DNA of 64,000 nucleotides from a virus (Duplodnaviria; Caudoviricetes): IMG/VR virus record IMGVR_UViG_3300042288_001626; one strand, 5' to 3'. Shown piece by piece: positions 29,886 to 39,649 of this stretch (position 1 is its first letter; each line of letters starts with the position of its first letter). The notes under the pieces were generated by a model. It saw only the letters and a program-made list of their open reading frames with translations, ran no database searches and was not told where the DNA came from. The position numbers and the translations under genes were made by a program.

Positions 29886-29897
29886 GGGGGGGGGGGG
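29886..29897. repeat. G12 homopolymer (C12 on the minus strand)
   Basis: 12 consecutive G in an intergenic region. Confidence 0.9.
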
Positions 29898-29906
29898 TCA
29901 ATACCT

Positions 29907-29949
29907 AAAAAAAGGAAAACCCCCGCCCCGATTGCTCGGGACGAGGGCT
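29907..29949 (-). terminator. Rho-independent terminator
   Basis: 14-bp stem AGCCCTCGTCCCGA/TCGGGGCGGGGGTT (with GU pairs), GCAA loop, then TTCCTTTTTTT. Confidence 0.8.
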
Positions 29950-29965
29950 GTTTTTGGGGGAAGGT

Positions 29966-30163
29966 CTAGTCCTCCTTGTTTCCCTTTTTAGTCTTGGCTG
30001 TTACGCCTCGACGGGGACCGCTCTTGAGAACATCCGGATTCTTTTTCCTTACTCCATCAGGACCCACGATATAGAAGTTCGGATTGACTGGTTTGCCGCC
30101 CATCGTCTTCTTCAGTTCTTTGCGATGGATCTCGTTTTTGACTTTGCTCGATTTGTTGGCCAT
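29966..30163 (-). CDS. Small basic hypothetical protein
   Basis: 65-aa Lys-rich ORF followed by a terminator. Confidence 0.55.
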   Translation of the reverse strand: MANKSSKVKNEIHRKELKKTMGGKPVNPNFYIVGPDGVRKKNPDVLKSGPRRGVTAKTKKGNKED

Positions 30164-30170
30164 AGGTTTG

Positions 30171-31400
30171 TTATGCTTGGGTTGTTACTGCGGTTGTCAC
30201 TGAAGTTGTGGTTGCTGTGAAGCTCTCTGTGTTTGCTGGAGAAATATCCTGCTCCTTGATAAACTTGCACCCTTTGGCGGTGAGCTTATACTTGTTGCCG
30301 ATCTTCTCGATCAAACGCTTTTTCTTGTTGGTTGTGTATGTCCAACTATTCAGCTGCTGAGGACTGATGTCGCGCTGCTCGATGATATCCTCTTTGGTGA
30401 GCAGAATACTGTGATAGTTCTGTGAATCTGTATCCACAAAAGCACCAAGAATCTCACGCTCGAGGGCAGAGCAACGCTCGTTGACTGGATTGGTTTGCTG
30501 TGCAGTTACCGGCACACTCACACCCACAAGAGCCTGCATGCTTCCAAGCAGGCCTGTGTATTTTGTCAACTGCTCGTCGATCTTTGCAATTTCCGAGAGC
30601 AATTCTTCGCGCTTGCCTCTCAGAATCTTCATGCCCTCGACAGCTTTTTCAAGAAGCATCAAACCTTCCATAGGGTTATGACTTTCTTGCTGACTTACTG
30701 ATCTCTCAAACGTTGTTTCTAGCATTTTTTGTTTGGGTTGGGTGACTACATATCCGAATACACAGAACGTAGTTATTTTCTTTCTATAGGAAAAGACGAA
30801 CTTCTCCACTAGAGCTTTGTTATGCTGCGCTACCTCGTCTATAAGCAACTGGCTTGTCATCTCGATTTTATCCTCGATGCTAAGACAATTTAAACTATAA
30901 GCAACTGCAGCCTTGCTGGTTGGTTGTATTCCTTGAACAGCATGCACAGCAAGTGTGATTGCTATAAAACTGTTCACTGAACACAATTTGGTGATGCAGG
31001 CTTGAATATTACTCAGGTTACCATCTGTTAGTGGTCCTGTTAAATCAAACCAGGCAAAGGTGGGTTTCTCGACAAATCCTTTCTTTAACAATGAATGGAA
31101 TATGTCGCCTACATGGTGCTCCCATAATCGTTCTGGATACTCTCCTATCCCTGTATCTTCCTTGAGATATTCATAGTCGAACGTGTGGAGCTTCAGCTTT
31201 GATTCGCCACGATCTTTTTCGAGCCTGAGAATCCTATCTAGAATTCTTTCTCTTTCCTGCTCTCCAGAACAGGCAGGCATCGTAAAGATCTGGCTATCTA
31301 CTGAAAAATTATCTCGAATGAACGGTTCAAGATAAACATCTAGCTTGTCGTACGAAGCAACCTTTTCAGGCGTGCCCATGACATCAAGAGGATTTCTCAT
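30171..31400 (-). CDS. Hypothetical protein; possible methyltransferase-like N-terminal domain, coiled coil and C-terminal helical domain
   Basis: FTMPAC...FAWFDLTGP loosely resembles degenerate Rossmann methyltransferase motifs. Confidence 0.35.
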   Translation of the reverse strand: MRNPLDVMGTPEKVASYDKLDVYLEPFIRDNFSVDSQIFTMPACSGEQERERILDRILRLEKDRGESKLKLHTFDYEYLKEDTGIGEYPERLWEHHVGDIFHSLLKKGFVEKPTFAWFDLTGPLTDGNLSNIQACITKLCSVNSFIAITLAVHAVQGIQPTSKAAVAYSLNCLSIEDKIEMTSQLLIDEVAQHNKALVEKFVFSYRKKITTFCVFGYVVTQPKQKMLETTFERSVSQQESHNPMEGLMLLEKAVEGMKILRGKREELLSEIAKIDEQLTKYTGLLGSMQALVGVSVPVTAQQTNPVNERCSALEREILGAFVDTDSQNYHSILLTKEDIIEQRDISPQQLNSWTYTTNKKKRLIEKIGNKYKLTAKGCKFIKEQDISPANTESFTATTTSVTTAVTTQA

Positions 31401-31411
31401 CTGCGAAAAAG

Positions 31412-31483
31412 TGCACCCAGAAGGAATCGAACCTTCATCAACGGATTAGAAATCCGCTGCTCTGTCCGTTGAGCTATGGGTGC
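31412..31483 (-). tRNA. trnR: tRNA-Arg(UCU)
   Basis: GCACCCA/TGGGTGC acceptor stem, GCGGA-TTTCTAA-TCCGT anticodon arm, TTCGATT T-loop; no encoded CCA. Confidence 0.92.
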
Positions 31484-31488
31484 GTTTT

Positions 31489-31722
31489 TTACCGATGCTT
31501 GTTCAAGAACTCGGCCACATGATTTTTGGCGCTTGTGTACTCTGACGAGCCTGGACTGACAGGCTCTGTGCGAGTGCTCCAATACACCTCAATATCTGGC
31601 GAAGAGCTGAAAGGATCTCCGTAGTATAAAAGCAAAAACTCACCTTTACGGTAGGTATTCACTCTGTACACAGAGACATTCAAACTCCGATACTCTTCCG
31701 TCACCTTTACTTTATGAGGCAT
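31489..31722 (-). CDS. Hypothetical protein
   Basis: Starts MPHKVKVTEEY; TGATG coupling with the upstream ORF. Confidence 0.5.
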   Translation of the reverse strand: MPHKVKVTEEYRSLNVSVYRVNTYRKGEFLLLYYGDPFSSSPDIEVYWSTRTEPVSPGSSEYTSAKNHVAEFLNKHR

Positions 31723-31937
31723 CACAGGATTTTTAGTCTTACTGCTGCCTCTAGTGCAAAGATGGAGGAAATGCATCCAAGTAGAAATACAACACAGGCT
31801 TCAAACCCAGGCAAGTCAAAAAACCTAATTGTTGAAAAATCGATCAAAGCCAGTACGGTGAACGCAATGCCAAACACTGAGTTGCTGCGTTGCCGGCTAT
31901 CTTTATATTCCGAAGAGCTCGTAAGTCTAGAGTTCAT
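31722..31937 (-). CDS. Small membrane protein (2 TM segments)
   Basis: MNSRLTSS...; start downstream of tRNA-Leu chosen over the ORF-track start inside the tRNA. Confidence 0.45.
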   Translation of the reverse strand: MNSRLTSSSEYKDSRQRSNSVFGIAFTVLALIDFSTIRFFDLPGFEACVVFLLGCISSIFALEAAVRLKIL

Positions 31938-31965
31938 AATTAACAGGGTTGAGGTTAAACCAAGG

Positions 31966-32053
31966 TGGTGCCGATGGTGGGACTCGAACCCACACGAGGA
32001 TTGCTCCCCAACGGATTTTAAGTCCGTTGCGTCTGCCATTCCGCCACACCGGC
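31966..32053 (-). tRNA. trnL: tRNA-Leu(UAA)
   Basis: GCCGGTG acceptor, ACGGA-CTTAAAA-TCCGT anticodon arm, long variable arm, encoded CCA. Confidence 0.95.
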
Positions 32054-32076
32054 ATTGAATCTAAAAAAGAGCAGAG

Positions 32077-32148
<72 letters not shown>

Positions 32149-32196
32149 GTTCTACTCTCTTCTAGTGAGGGGGAAAGTTTACCCACTCTATTCATA

Positions 32197-32212
32197 ATAT
32201 TATACCACAAAT
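32197..32212 (-). promoter_or_regulatory. Extended -10 promoter upstream of the tRNA cluster
   Basis: ATTTGTGGTATAATAT; identical copy at 43233-43248. Confidence 0.7.
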
Positions 32213-32230
32213 AACCCCAAAAATATATGA

Positions 32231-32680
32231 CTAGACTGGTATCTTTCTGTGCTCTGACTCCTGTATTTTTGCTGTATTATTTAGCAGCTCTTTTATTTTT
32301 GCAATCTCATTACGAAGTTCTTCAACTTCTTTCTTGAGCTTGGCTTCATCTTCTTTGTTTCTTATATGGTCTGTAGAACCGTAGCTTGTGTAGGAAGCAT
32401 ATGTAAATGGAAATTCTTGCTGCCCTGCCGCACCCACACCTACGACAGGATATGCAAACCCAGAAGAACCTGCAGAGCTGATTGCATATCCTGGATATCT
32501 AGCTAGTCTGTTGTCAGCCTCGACCAGGTCAGCCACAGTGAGAGGAGCAATAGGAGTGGCTCTCATCTGTCCGTAAGATGAGGCAGCTAGACTTGAGGCT
32601 ACTCCGTGATCTTGCAGACCATAGGCATCGTTGACTATGTTCTGTGCAGCTACCTCTTGTTTAATGGCTTCTCTTTCCAT
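32231..32680 (-). CDS. Hypothetical protein with C-terminal coiled coil
   Basis: 149-aa ORF. Confidence 0.55.
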   Translation of the reverse strand: MEREAIKQEVAAQNIVNDAYGLQDHGVASSLAASSYGQMRATPIAPLTVADLVEADNRLARYPGYAISSAGSSGFAYPVVGVGAAGQQEFPFTYASYTSYGSTDHIRNKEDEAKLKKEVEELRNEIAKIKELLNNTAKIQESEHRKIPV

Positions 32681-34154
32681 AGCAGTAAACTATTTCACCG
32701 ATTCCTCCTTCGTCTACAATAAAACACGACTGCCTTGATATATTATTGAGTCCCATTGCCTCGCTATGTTTGTCTCCTCGTACTGTTGTGCTCAGCATAT
32801 AGTGCTCAAACTCAGCATACTCACGCATCTCTAGATGGTGCTGATCTGCGGTCAGGAAAACCTTTTGAGTTACACCTATAAGTGTTTCTGGCTTACTCAA
32901 GAAGAGATTTGCTATATAGCTTTCTCTTGCCTTACCAGAAGAAGGAAGCCTTCCCTTGTACTCTGCGCTATAGCCGTGAGAGGCTACAAACAGAGTATTC
33001 TTTACTTTAAATAATCCATGGTCTGTTTGAAACACATCAAACTCTATTCTTTTTTCTGTCCTATAGTAGGCCTCGAGTGTTTTAAACAATACCCAGTCTC
33101 CAAAGTCGTTGTGATTTCCTTTAACGCTTTTGACTTTAACTTTCGGGAAAAGCGTCAGAAGTGTGTTGATTAGATATACGATGCTGTCGAAGGCGATAGT
33201 GAACTGCTCCTCCTTGATGCAATCGTGAACAAGCATAGTTCCCTTGGTAGTGAACCCTGCTCCTGTCGTATGGAGAATATCGCCCAATGAAGCAAGCACG
33301 CACTCATTAAGCCGATAAGATCTATTTTCAACAATTTTTCTGATTTCTTCTGCATAGTGTTTGATACATTCGGCGGCTTCTTTTGAGCTATATCCTTTGT
33401 CTCTGTAAGATTCTTTACTGTTTGTTTTTGCTCCAAAATGAACATCAGACAGACCAACAATAAGCGCTTTATCGTCAAAGCCTCTATGGTTGCTTTTTAG
33501 ATATTGAACAGGCAAATAAGCAGGAGGTTCCCAATTCTCGATGAAATTGGCGAAGGGATCAAGCACTCCTTGCTGCAACTTATTCCATTTTTCTGCGGAA
33601 CTTATCGTGTCTTTCCAGCTCTTTTTCTGGAACTCTTGATGTAGCTGGAATTTCTTTTTTTGTAGAAGATCTGAGGCAATCTCATCAACACCACGCTCCT
33701 GCAGCTGCTCATTGGTTATCGGCTCTGAGTCGTGAGTTACCTCAAGAACACGCAACACCTCTACTAGATAGTTTCTAGGAATAGCGTAATTCCTGGATAT
33801 TTCATTGATGGTGTGCTTATTGTTATACCAGTTTGAATAGTTTTCCTTGATGCCTCTGACAACATCACCGCTCAACACAACATTACTGTTGGCTGTTTTA
33901 AGATACATTACGTATGTATCATCGGCTTTGTTGTAGGTGTATTTCTCGGTAAATTTCAAACCTAGGGGTGTACCGTTATCGACGTGCCCTTTTTCCTCAG
34001 TCTTGTGTTGGGACTTGCCCATTTTTCTCAAGACTTCTTTATTAATTTCCACAACATCTTCCAGATCATACCCTTGACTCACAAGATATTTGGCAATTCC
34101 CTGTTTACGCTTTTTTAGCTTGATACAGTGCTGAATAAGGTCGGTTTTCTTCAT
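32661..34154 (-). CDS. Calcineurin-like metallophosphoesterase with N-terminal extension
   Basis: LSDVHFG, LGDILH, KGNHND, SHG and ADQHH motifs. Confidence 0.82.
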   Translation of the reverse strand: MKKTDLIQHCIKLKKRKQGIAKYLVSQGYDLEDVVEINKEVLRKMGKSQHKTEEKGHVDNGTPLGLKFTEKYTYNKADDTYVMYLKTANSNVVLSGDVVRGIKENYSNWYNNKHTINEISRNYAIPRNYLVEVLRVLEVTHDSEPITNEQLQERGVDEIASDLLQKKKFQLHQEFQKKSWKDTISSAEKWNKLQQGVLDPFANFIENWEPPAYLPVQYLKSNHRGFDDKALIVGLSDVHFGAKTNSKESYRDKGYSSKEAAECIKHYAEEIRKIVENRSYRLNECVLASLGDILHTTGAGFTTKGTMLVHDCIKEEQFTIAFDSIVYLINTLLTLFPKVKVKSVKGNHNDFGDWVLFKTLEAYYRTEKRIEFDVFQTDHGLFKVKNTLFVASHGYSAEYKGRLPSSGKARESYIANLFLSKPETLIGVTQKVFLTADQHHLEMREYAEFEHYMLSTTVRGDKHSEAMGLNNISRQSCFIVDEGGIGEIVYCYGKRSH

Positions 34155-34319
34155 TTTTATTTTTTGTGAAACGAATGAGTTTTCTCAAAAAAAGCTGGAT
34201 ATTCTTTATTTTTAGCTATTTGTGTCTTGAACAGTCCTTGTACAAACTGAGTTTAGAATACAGATTTTGTTGAAATGCTCTATGACTGTACAAATAAATC
34301 GAAGCTAGGCAACAGCTTT

Positions 34320-35849
34320 TTAGTTGTAACCCAATAAAAAGCTGAATGCTGCTGCTCCATCTCCTTGTGCCTCTATTTCAATCACAATACTTCCTGTCTG
34401 TCCAGGACCTACTCGACCTAAATCTCCATAATTTTTTAAGGCTGACGGTAAGTAAGCAGGCAGCGGTTTAGTACTCGCTTGATTCAAAAACTCAAAGATT
34501 TTAACGCCATTCCATTTGAGGCGTACAAAGCTTCCGATACCAAATGCAGATATGTTGCTGGTAGGCAAAAACGCTATATATGGATACTTGTTTCCGTCAG
34601 CGTCTGCGCTCCCTATTCCAGGATTTGCTGCATCCACGTAATCGTTCCTATAGCAGACAACCAGAGTCATCTTGGAGTATTTGCCTGTTACTTCAAATGA
34701 GACATCTGTAGCTGAGGGTATAGTTGTATTCTGTTCTACAATCCATTTCCCAGGCATACCACTGACTGCGTCGCCTATTCTTGAACTTGTGAAGTTCAAA
34801 GGACACAAATCGAGATTCGATATTAGTTTGCTTACTCCTAGTGTGGCTGTGCATGTGGTCCAGAAACTTGCAGGAGGAATTACAGAAGCTGTCCTACCTA
34901 TTACTGTGTTTGATCCTCCTCCAGCAATACCATTACTCAAGCCTCTAAGCCTTATCGAGTAGTTAGTATTGTCGGAAAGTCCTTCTATTTTTAATGGACT
35001 GGCTGTACTTGCCGGAATTCTTTCCGTCCAAGTATTACCTGCGTCAGTGCTGTATGCGTAGTTTGTCGCTGCAGGGTTCGCTCCTGCCGCTGCTGGAATG
35101 AAGCTGACTAATAGTTCTCCTGCGTCCGCAGCAGCAACACTACTTATGGTTGGTGCGTCCGGAGAAGGTATTGTGTACGCATAAACTGTATCTTGTGTAG
35201 GCAGTCCTTTATTTCCAAGAAAATCAACTGCTCGGATTTTCACATTAAAAGTCATCCAAGGATGCAGCTGTGTTACGTATATTGGAGACGCAGTGCTGTC
35301 AATTCCTCTATGGTTCCATAGCTGCCCTCCGTCCAGACTATATTCGTAAGTTTTGATAGGAATACTTCCAGCTTTCGCAGGAACAAAGTTTATCATTATT
35401 GATGTGTATCCTCCTATTACGCTTGCGATGGTAGGTGCAGCAGGTATGGCGACCACAGCCTCACGCCCAGTTATATCATACAGCTGCTCGGGACCAAGAT
35501 CATCTAGAGCCTCCAGATCAGTGACGAGCTTCTTGACTTCGTACTTTAAAGACTCAAAGATCTCCGACAGAAGTTCTGGAGTTCTTGTCACAAGCTCTAT
35601 AGAGTCTGTTCTGTAGTAAGAGCTGTCTTCAGAAGGAGAATCCTCAGAAAAATCTTCCAATTGAACAGGAGTACACACGGCGACAAAAGTATCCTCAAAC
35701 AAGCCTTTCGCAAAATTTCTTGTTCGTTGATTGACAAAGATTTTGGAAGACATACCCTGAGGCTGCACAGCTTTAACAACCAACTTATAAGAAAAGATGT
35801 CAGGCAATTCAATGGTACTACTTTTAGATAATTTTATGCTTTTTGCCAT
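34320..35849 (-). CDS. FN3-containing putative virion protein
   Basis: Two FN3 repeats (YEYSLDGG...FNVKIRAV; YAYSTDAG...YSIRLRGL). Confidence 0.7.
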   Translation of the reverse strand: MAKSIKLSKSSTIELPDIFSYKLVVKAVQPQGMSSKIFVNQRTRNFAKGLFEDTFVAVCTPVQLEDFSEDSPSEDSSYYRTDSIELVTRTPELLSEIFESLKYEVKKLVTDLEALDDLGPEQLYDITGREAVVAIPAAPTIASVIGGYTSIMINFVPAKAGSIPIKTYEYSLDGGQLWNHRGIDSTASPIYVTQLHPWMTFNVKIRAVDFLGNKGLPTQDTVYAYTIPSPDAPTISSVAAADAGELLVSFIPAAAGANPAATNYAYSTDAGNTWTERIPASTASPLKIEGLSDNTNYSIRLRGLSNGIAGGGSNTVIGRTASVIPPASFWTTCTATLGVSKLISNLDLCPLNFTSSRIGDAVSGMPGKWIVEQNTTIPSATDVSFEVTGKYSKMTLVVCYRNDYVDAANPGIGSADADGNKYPYIAFLPTSNISAFGIGSFVRLKWNGVKIFEFLNQASTKPLPAYLPSALKNYGDLGRVGPGQTGSIVIEIEAQGDGAAAFSFLLGYN

Positions 35850-35926
35850 TTGACTGTAAGAAAGTTGTTGCTAGGAGCTAGATATACTATACATTAAGCG
35901 GACATTACGGAAAAATCAATAAAATT

Positions 35927-36526
35927 ATGACACCCACAGACAACATAGCAGGCTACAAAACAGGAGATCTAGTCGTCGGGAGTAGCGACCCAAGCAAGTC
36001 GGTCTATTCTGCTACAGGAGCGAAAAACACTCAGTCAGGAGTTAGCCTGTATGGTAATCCTGAGGCTATTGCAGAGCAAGGTAAAGCGATCGTTACTTCT
36101 CTTATACGTAACGGAGGCAAAAGGCTAGTTACTCACGGTCAACCCAAAACCTCCAAGAAAAAGGGAGCTAAACAGAAAACATCAGACTCTTTTCAGTACT
36201 CGTTTTCCGAGTATATCCCGGAAGAAACACAAACACCTCAACAAGAGGTTGAGGAAATTAGACTACAAACTATTCAGTTTGAAAACAGTTTTGGTAAAAT
36301 TAAAGCCAAAGTAGAGCATGTCATAGAACATAGTCTCGCGTTCCTCCTCATCTTCAGTGATGAGGACTCTGTTGTATTTGAGCCTAAAATTGGAGAGACG
36401 CTGCTTCTACATACGGCAGATAGGTACACATTCTCGGTATATTACCCAGGAGTTATTTTTGACTCGCCATCTGGACATAAAAGATTTATGATTTTGTTTA
36501 AAGTGCCCGAAGAAAATCAAGAATAA
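35927..36526 (+). CDS. Hypothetical protein
   Basis: 199-aa ORF, first gene of the plus-strand block. Confidence 0.6.
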   Translation: MTPTDNIAGYKTGDLVVGSSDPSKSVYSATGAKNTQSGVSLYGNPEAIAEQGKAIVTSLIRNGGKRLVTHGQPKTSKKKGAKQKTSDSFQYSFSEYIPEETQTPQQEVEEIRLQTIQFENSFGKIKAKVEHVIEHSLAFLLIFSDEDSVVFEPKIGETLLLHTADRYTFSVYYPGVIFDSPSGHKRFMILFKVPEENQE

Positions 36527-36529
36527 TTT

Positions 36530-36700
36530 ATGGAAAAACATGGCATGCTTACAGACGAATCGCTTAGCGATTTTGACAATACTAAGAAAGCAGAGTATTA
36601 CGATGCAGAGGGATTCAAGGTAGCTGATGAATCAAATAAACATAAGCTGACTCGCCCCGAAAAAATTGAAAATTTAAAAGAACAAAATCTTAATGATTAA
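36530..36700 (+). CDS. Small hypothetical protein (56 aa), not in the ORF track
   Basis: MEKHGMLTDESLSDF...NLND fills the gap between the flanking genes. Confidence 0.5.
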   Translation: MEKHGMLTDESLSDFDNTKKAEYYDAEGFKVADESNKHKLTRPEKIENLKEQNLND

Positions 36701-38486
36701 CTCCGACGACCCTCAAAGTTACTTTAATCTAGCTAATAGTGGTAGAGACCGCTATTCTAATCCTTTTTACAACATACCTCTTCAGTACCTTCCGATGAAT
36801 ATCGAAGGTATGCTTTTGTGGGCAGAGCATTTGCTTTTTAGAAACGGCTTTTATAAGCAAGCTCTGAATAGAATAGCTAACTATTTTATTACATCTTTGA
36901 CTGTAGATTGTGATGATGAAGAGGCCAAAAAGAAGTACGTTGAAATTCTTGATAAGCTTCAATGGAAAAAAGTTTGCTCTAAAGCTGGCTTAAACCTGCT
37001 TGCTTACGGTAATGAGTTTGTAACTGTAAACCAAGGATTTTACAGATATCTTACTTGTCCTAGCTGTAAGAAAACTTCAAATATTGATAAACTTAACAAT
37101 TTTGAGTTTAACAAAGGCAAGTATCTCATGACTTGTTTGAAGTGCTCTTATAAAGGAGAGCATGAATGCGTTGATAAGCCTGCCAACGATGTCGAAAAAA
37201 TTCATGTTGTTCATTGGCCAGCAAAAGAGATTCGTATCAGATACGAGGAGACTACAGGAGAAGCAGAATACTTTTGGGATATTCCTGGGCAATATTCTAA
37301 AAAAGTAATGACAAAGAACAATAAGTTCTATAGCAAAAAAACACCAAAGATCGTTTTTGAATGTGTCTTTAACAAGACAATGCTGGCGTTTAACTCAAAA
37401 AACTTTGTTCATCTAAAGCTTGATACTCCTAATACGTTGAGGACAGATGGAAAAGCCATACCTCCAAGCATGTTCATTTTTGAAGATTTCTTCATGCTTC
37501 AAACATTAAAGAGATATAATGAAGTTATATGCTTTGAAGACATTGCTCCCTTCCGTGTAATTGCGATGGGAGATGCTTCTAACCCGGCAGCAAACCCTTT
37601 ACTCAATCAGAATGGGGCTGTTTGGTCTAGCGCTGTCGACGAGATGATCGATGAACACCGTAGAGACCCTGGAGCTTATCATAAATTCGCATTTCCCCTA
37701 AACTATCAGCAGTTAGGTGGCGACGGTACAAAGTTGGCACCTACGGAGCTAATGGAACAGGCAAAGAATAATATTCTAAATGCTCTCGACATCCCTATTG
37801 AGATGTTCCAGATGAATTTTCAGCAACAAGCTGCTGGCCCAATGCTGCGTATGTTTGAAAATGCTTGGAGCGTAGTGCCGAGCAATTACAACATTCTGTT
37901 GAACCATATGGGCGAAGTAATCGGCAATATCATGGGGCTTCCCAAAGCCAAGATATCGTTAATTCCGATTACATTCAGTGACGACATCGAAAGAAAGAGT
38001 GTTATTGGACAGCTTGTCTCTGCGAACTCTATCGCCAGGTCTGAACTGCTCAAACTCTACAACTTCGATTACGAAGATCAGGTCAGGAAAAAGATGCAGG
38101 AAGATCGTACTGTACAAGAAATTCAAGAAGAAGAAATGGAAAAGCAGCAGATCTCGCAGGCGACTCAGCAGAACGTTATGCAGATGCTTCAGGGAAATCC
38201 ACAGCAAGGAGGAGCCCCTGGAGGACAAATGCCTGCTCAGGGTGGTGGTGGAGGAGGCGTTACGCCGCAGGATGCTCTCGCACAGGCACAGCAGATAGCG
38301 CAGCAGCTATTCCCTCTCGACGCAGCTCAAAGAAGATCTCAGCTGCAGCAGATCAAGGCCACCGACCAGGACTTGTATGCTCAAGTAAAAGCTCAGCTAG
38401 AACAAATGACATCTCAATCAAAATCCCAAGGGTTAGCTGGAGCAAAACAGCAAGCTGCCGGAGGAGGTCAACAGCAACAACAATGA
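36693..38486 (+). CDS. Probable portal protein with Zn-ribbon insertion and Gln/Gly-rich tail
   Basis: 597 aa; LLAYGNEFV resembles the portal GNAF motif; CPSC...CLKC insertion; lies next to the lysis cassette. Confidence 0.5.
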   Translation: MINSDDPQSYFNLANSGRDRYSNPFYNIPLQYLPMNIEGMLLWAEHLLFRNGFYKQALNRIANYFITSLTVDCDDEEAKKKYVEILDKLQWKKVCSKAGLNLLAYGNEFVTVNQGFYRYLTCPSCKKTSNIDKLNNFEFNKGKYLMTCLKCSYKGEHECVDKPANDVEKIHVVHWPAKEIRIRYEETTGEAEYFWDIPGQYSKKVMTKNNKFYSKKTPKIVFECVFNKTMLAFNSKNFVHLKLDTPNTLRTDGKAIPPSMFIFEDFFMLQTLKRYNEVICFEDIAPFRVIAMGDASNPAANPLLNQNGAVWSSAVDEMIDEHRRDPGAYHKFAFPLNYQQLGGDGTKLAPTELMEQAKNNILNALDIPIEMFQMNFQQQAAGPMLRMFENAWSVVPSNYNILLNHMGEVIGNIMGLPKAKISLIPITFSDDIERKSVIGQLVSANSIARSELLKLYNFDYEDQVRKKMQEDRTVQEIQEEEMEKQQISQATQQNVMQMLQGNPQQGGAPGGQMPAQGGGGGGVTPQDALAQAQQIAQQLFPLDAAQRRSQLQQIKATDQDLYAQVKAQLEQMTSQSKSQGLAGAKQQAAGGGQQQQQ

Positions 38487-38487
38487 T

Positions 38488-38856
38488 ATGGCAAACAAAG
38501 TATATACTTGTGTAGTTAGCGGTAAAAAAATACCGAAAGAAAGAATAGAAGCATTGAAAATGCTTGGCGTTCCAGAGAGTCGATGGACTTGTGTTGAACA
38601 CGCTCTAGATATGCCAAGAAAAGGTATCTATATGGGCGAGGTAGGTACCAGCGAGCTGAGAATAGTAAATAAAGTCTATGACGACTCTGTGCGCTCCGTT
38701 TTCAGAGGAAGTAAGAAGGAACACGTCGCTGACAGTGATGACGTTTCCGACGATAAAACCGATTACGATTCAAAAGAATTAAACTATTATATTTCTGACG
38801 AAGATCAGCCTGACCCTGCCGAAAAAGTCGAAATTATCAAGCGACAACAGCCTTGA
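38488..38856 (+). CDS. DksA/TraR C4-type zinc-finger-like protein (degenerate)
   Basis: CVVSGKKIPKERIEAL...TCVEH matches the CxxCGxxIPxxRLxA...CxxC pattern with two ligand substitutions. Confidence 0.55.
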   Translation: MANKVYTCVVSGKKIPKERIEALKMLGVPESRWTCVEHALDMPRKGIYMGEVGTSELRIVNKVYDDSVRSVFRGSKKEHVADSDDVSDDKTDYDSKELNYYISDEDQPDPAEKVEIIKRQQP

Positions 38857-38904
38857 TTTGTCCTATAATTATGTATAACATAACCCGGACCACTATTTCT
38901 AAAT

Positions 38905-39429
38905 ATGCCACCTCGAGACGAACATTCAATTCAAGCCATTTCTTTAGCAGTAGCTGAGTTGGAAAGTCAAAAAAGGCTGACTGACGCAGAAATAACTAAC
39001 ATCAAAATAAGGTTAGAGTCGTATATCTCCACAACCCAGGAACAGTTCAGAACCCTAGGAGCTACAGTTACAGAAATTCGCGACATGGCCAGAGACAATA
39101 AACATATTACTATAGGTGTGGACGGCAATAACGGCCTAAAGGGTACCTTAGAAATCTTGGTTCGTGACGTTACCGCGATGATTAAAGAGTTTGAATTCCT
39201 TAGGCAGACTGCCCACAGCTATGTAGAGATGAAAACCTGGCTAATTAGACTTCTTATCACCTCGGTAGCTGCCATTATTTTTCAATTTGGTAGTGCTTTC
39301 TGGACAATGAATATGCAGACGACCAGACAGGATAGTTTGAGAGAAGAAATGACAAAGGTTACTGCGTATATAAATAAACAGCAGCAGCTGCAGGAAGACT
39401 TCAAAACTAAGCCACAAGGAAAACCTTAA
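38905..39429 (+). CDS. Coiled-coil protein with one C-proximal TM segment (lysis-associated?)
   Basis: WLIRLLITSVAAIIFQFGSAFW hydrophobic segment. Confidence 0.55.
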   Translation: MPPRDEHSIQAISLAVAELESQKRLTDAEITNIKIRLESYISTTQEQFRTLGATVTEIRDMARDNKHITIGVDGNNGLKGTLEILVRDVTAMIKEFEFLRQTAHSYVEMKTWLIRLLITSVAAIIFQFGSAFWTMNMQTTRQDSLREEMTKVTAYINKQQQLQEDFKTKPQGKP

Positions 39430-39436
39430 TTAGATT

Positions 39437-39649
39437 ATGTTCAGACCCTTATTGATTGCGCTGCTGTTAAGTACTGCAAGTTGTGCAACACAACACAAGA
39501 AAGCTTCCGCACCAATCAATATTCCTAAGCCTCAAATAGCTAATATCAGAGAGCAATCTGCTGATAACATTAAAAAGCTAGACGACACACTAAACAGATT
39601 AGAGTCTAGAGCTGAAAAAATAAAATTGCTACTAAACTCTATTGAATGA
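39437..39649 (+). CDS. Small lipoprotein (o-spanin-like)
   Basis: Signal peptide ending LLLSTASC, then a coiled coil. Confidence 0.5.
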   Translation: MFRPLLIALLLSTASCATQHKKASAPINIPKPQIANIREQSADNIKKLDDTLNRLESRAEKIKLLLNSIE

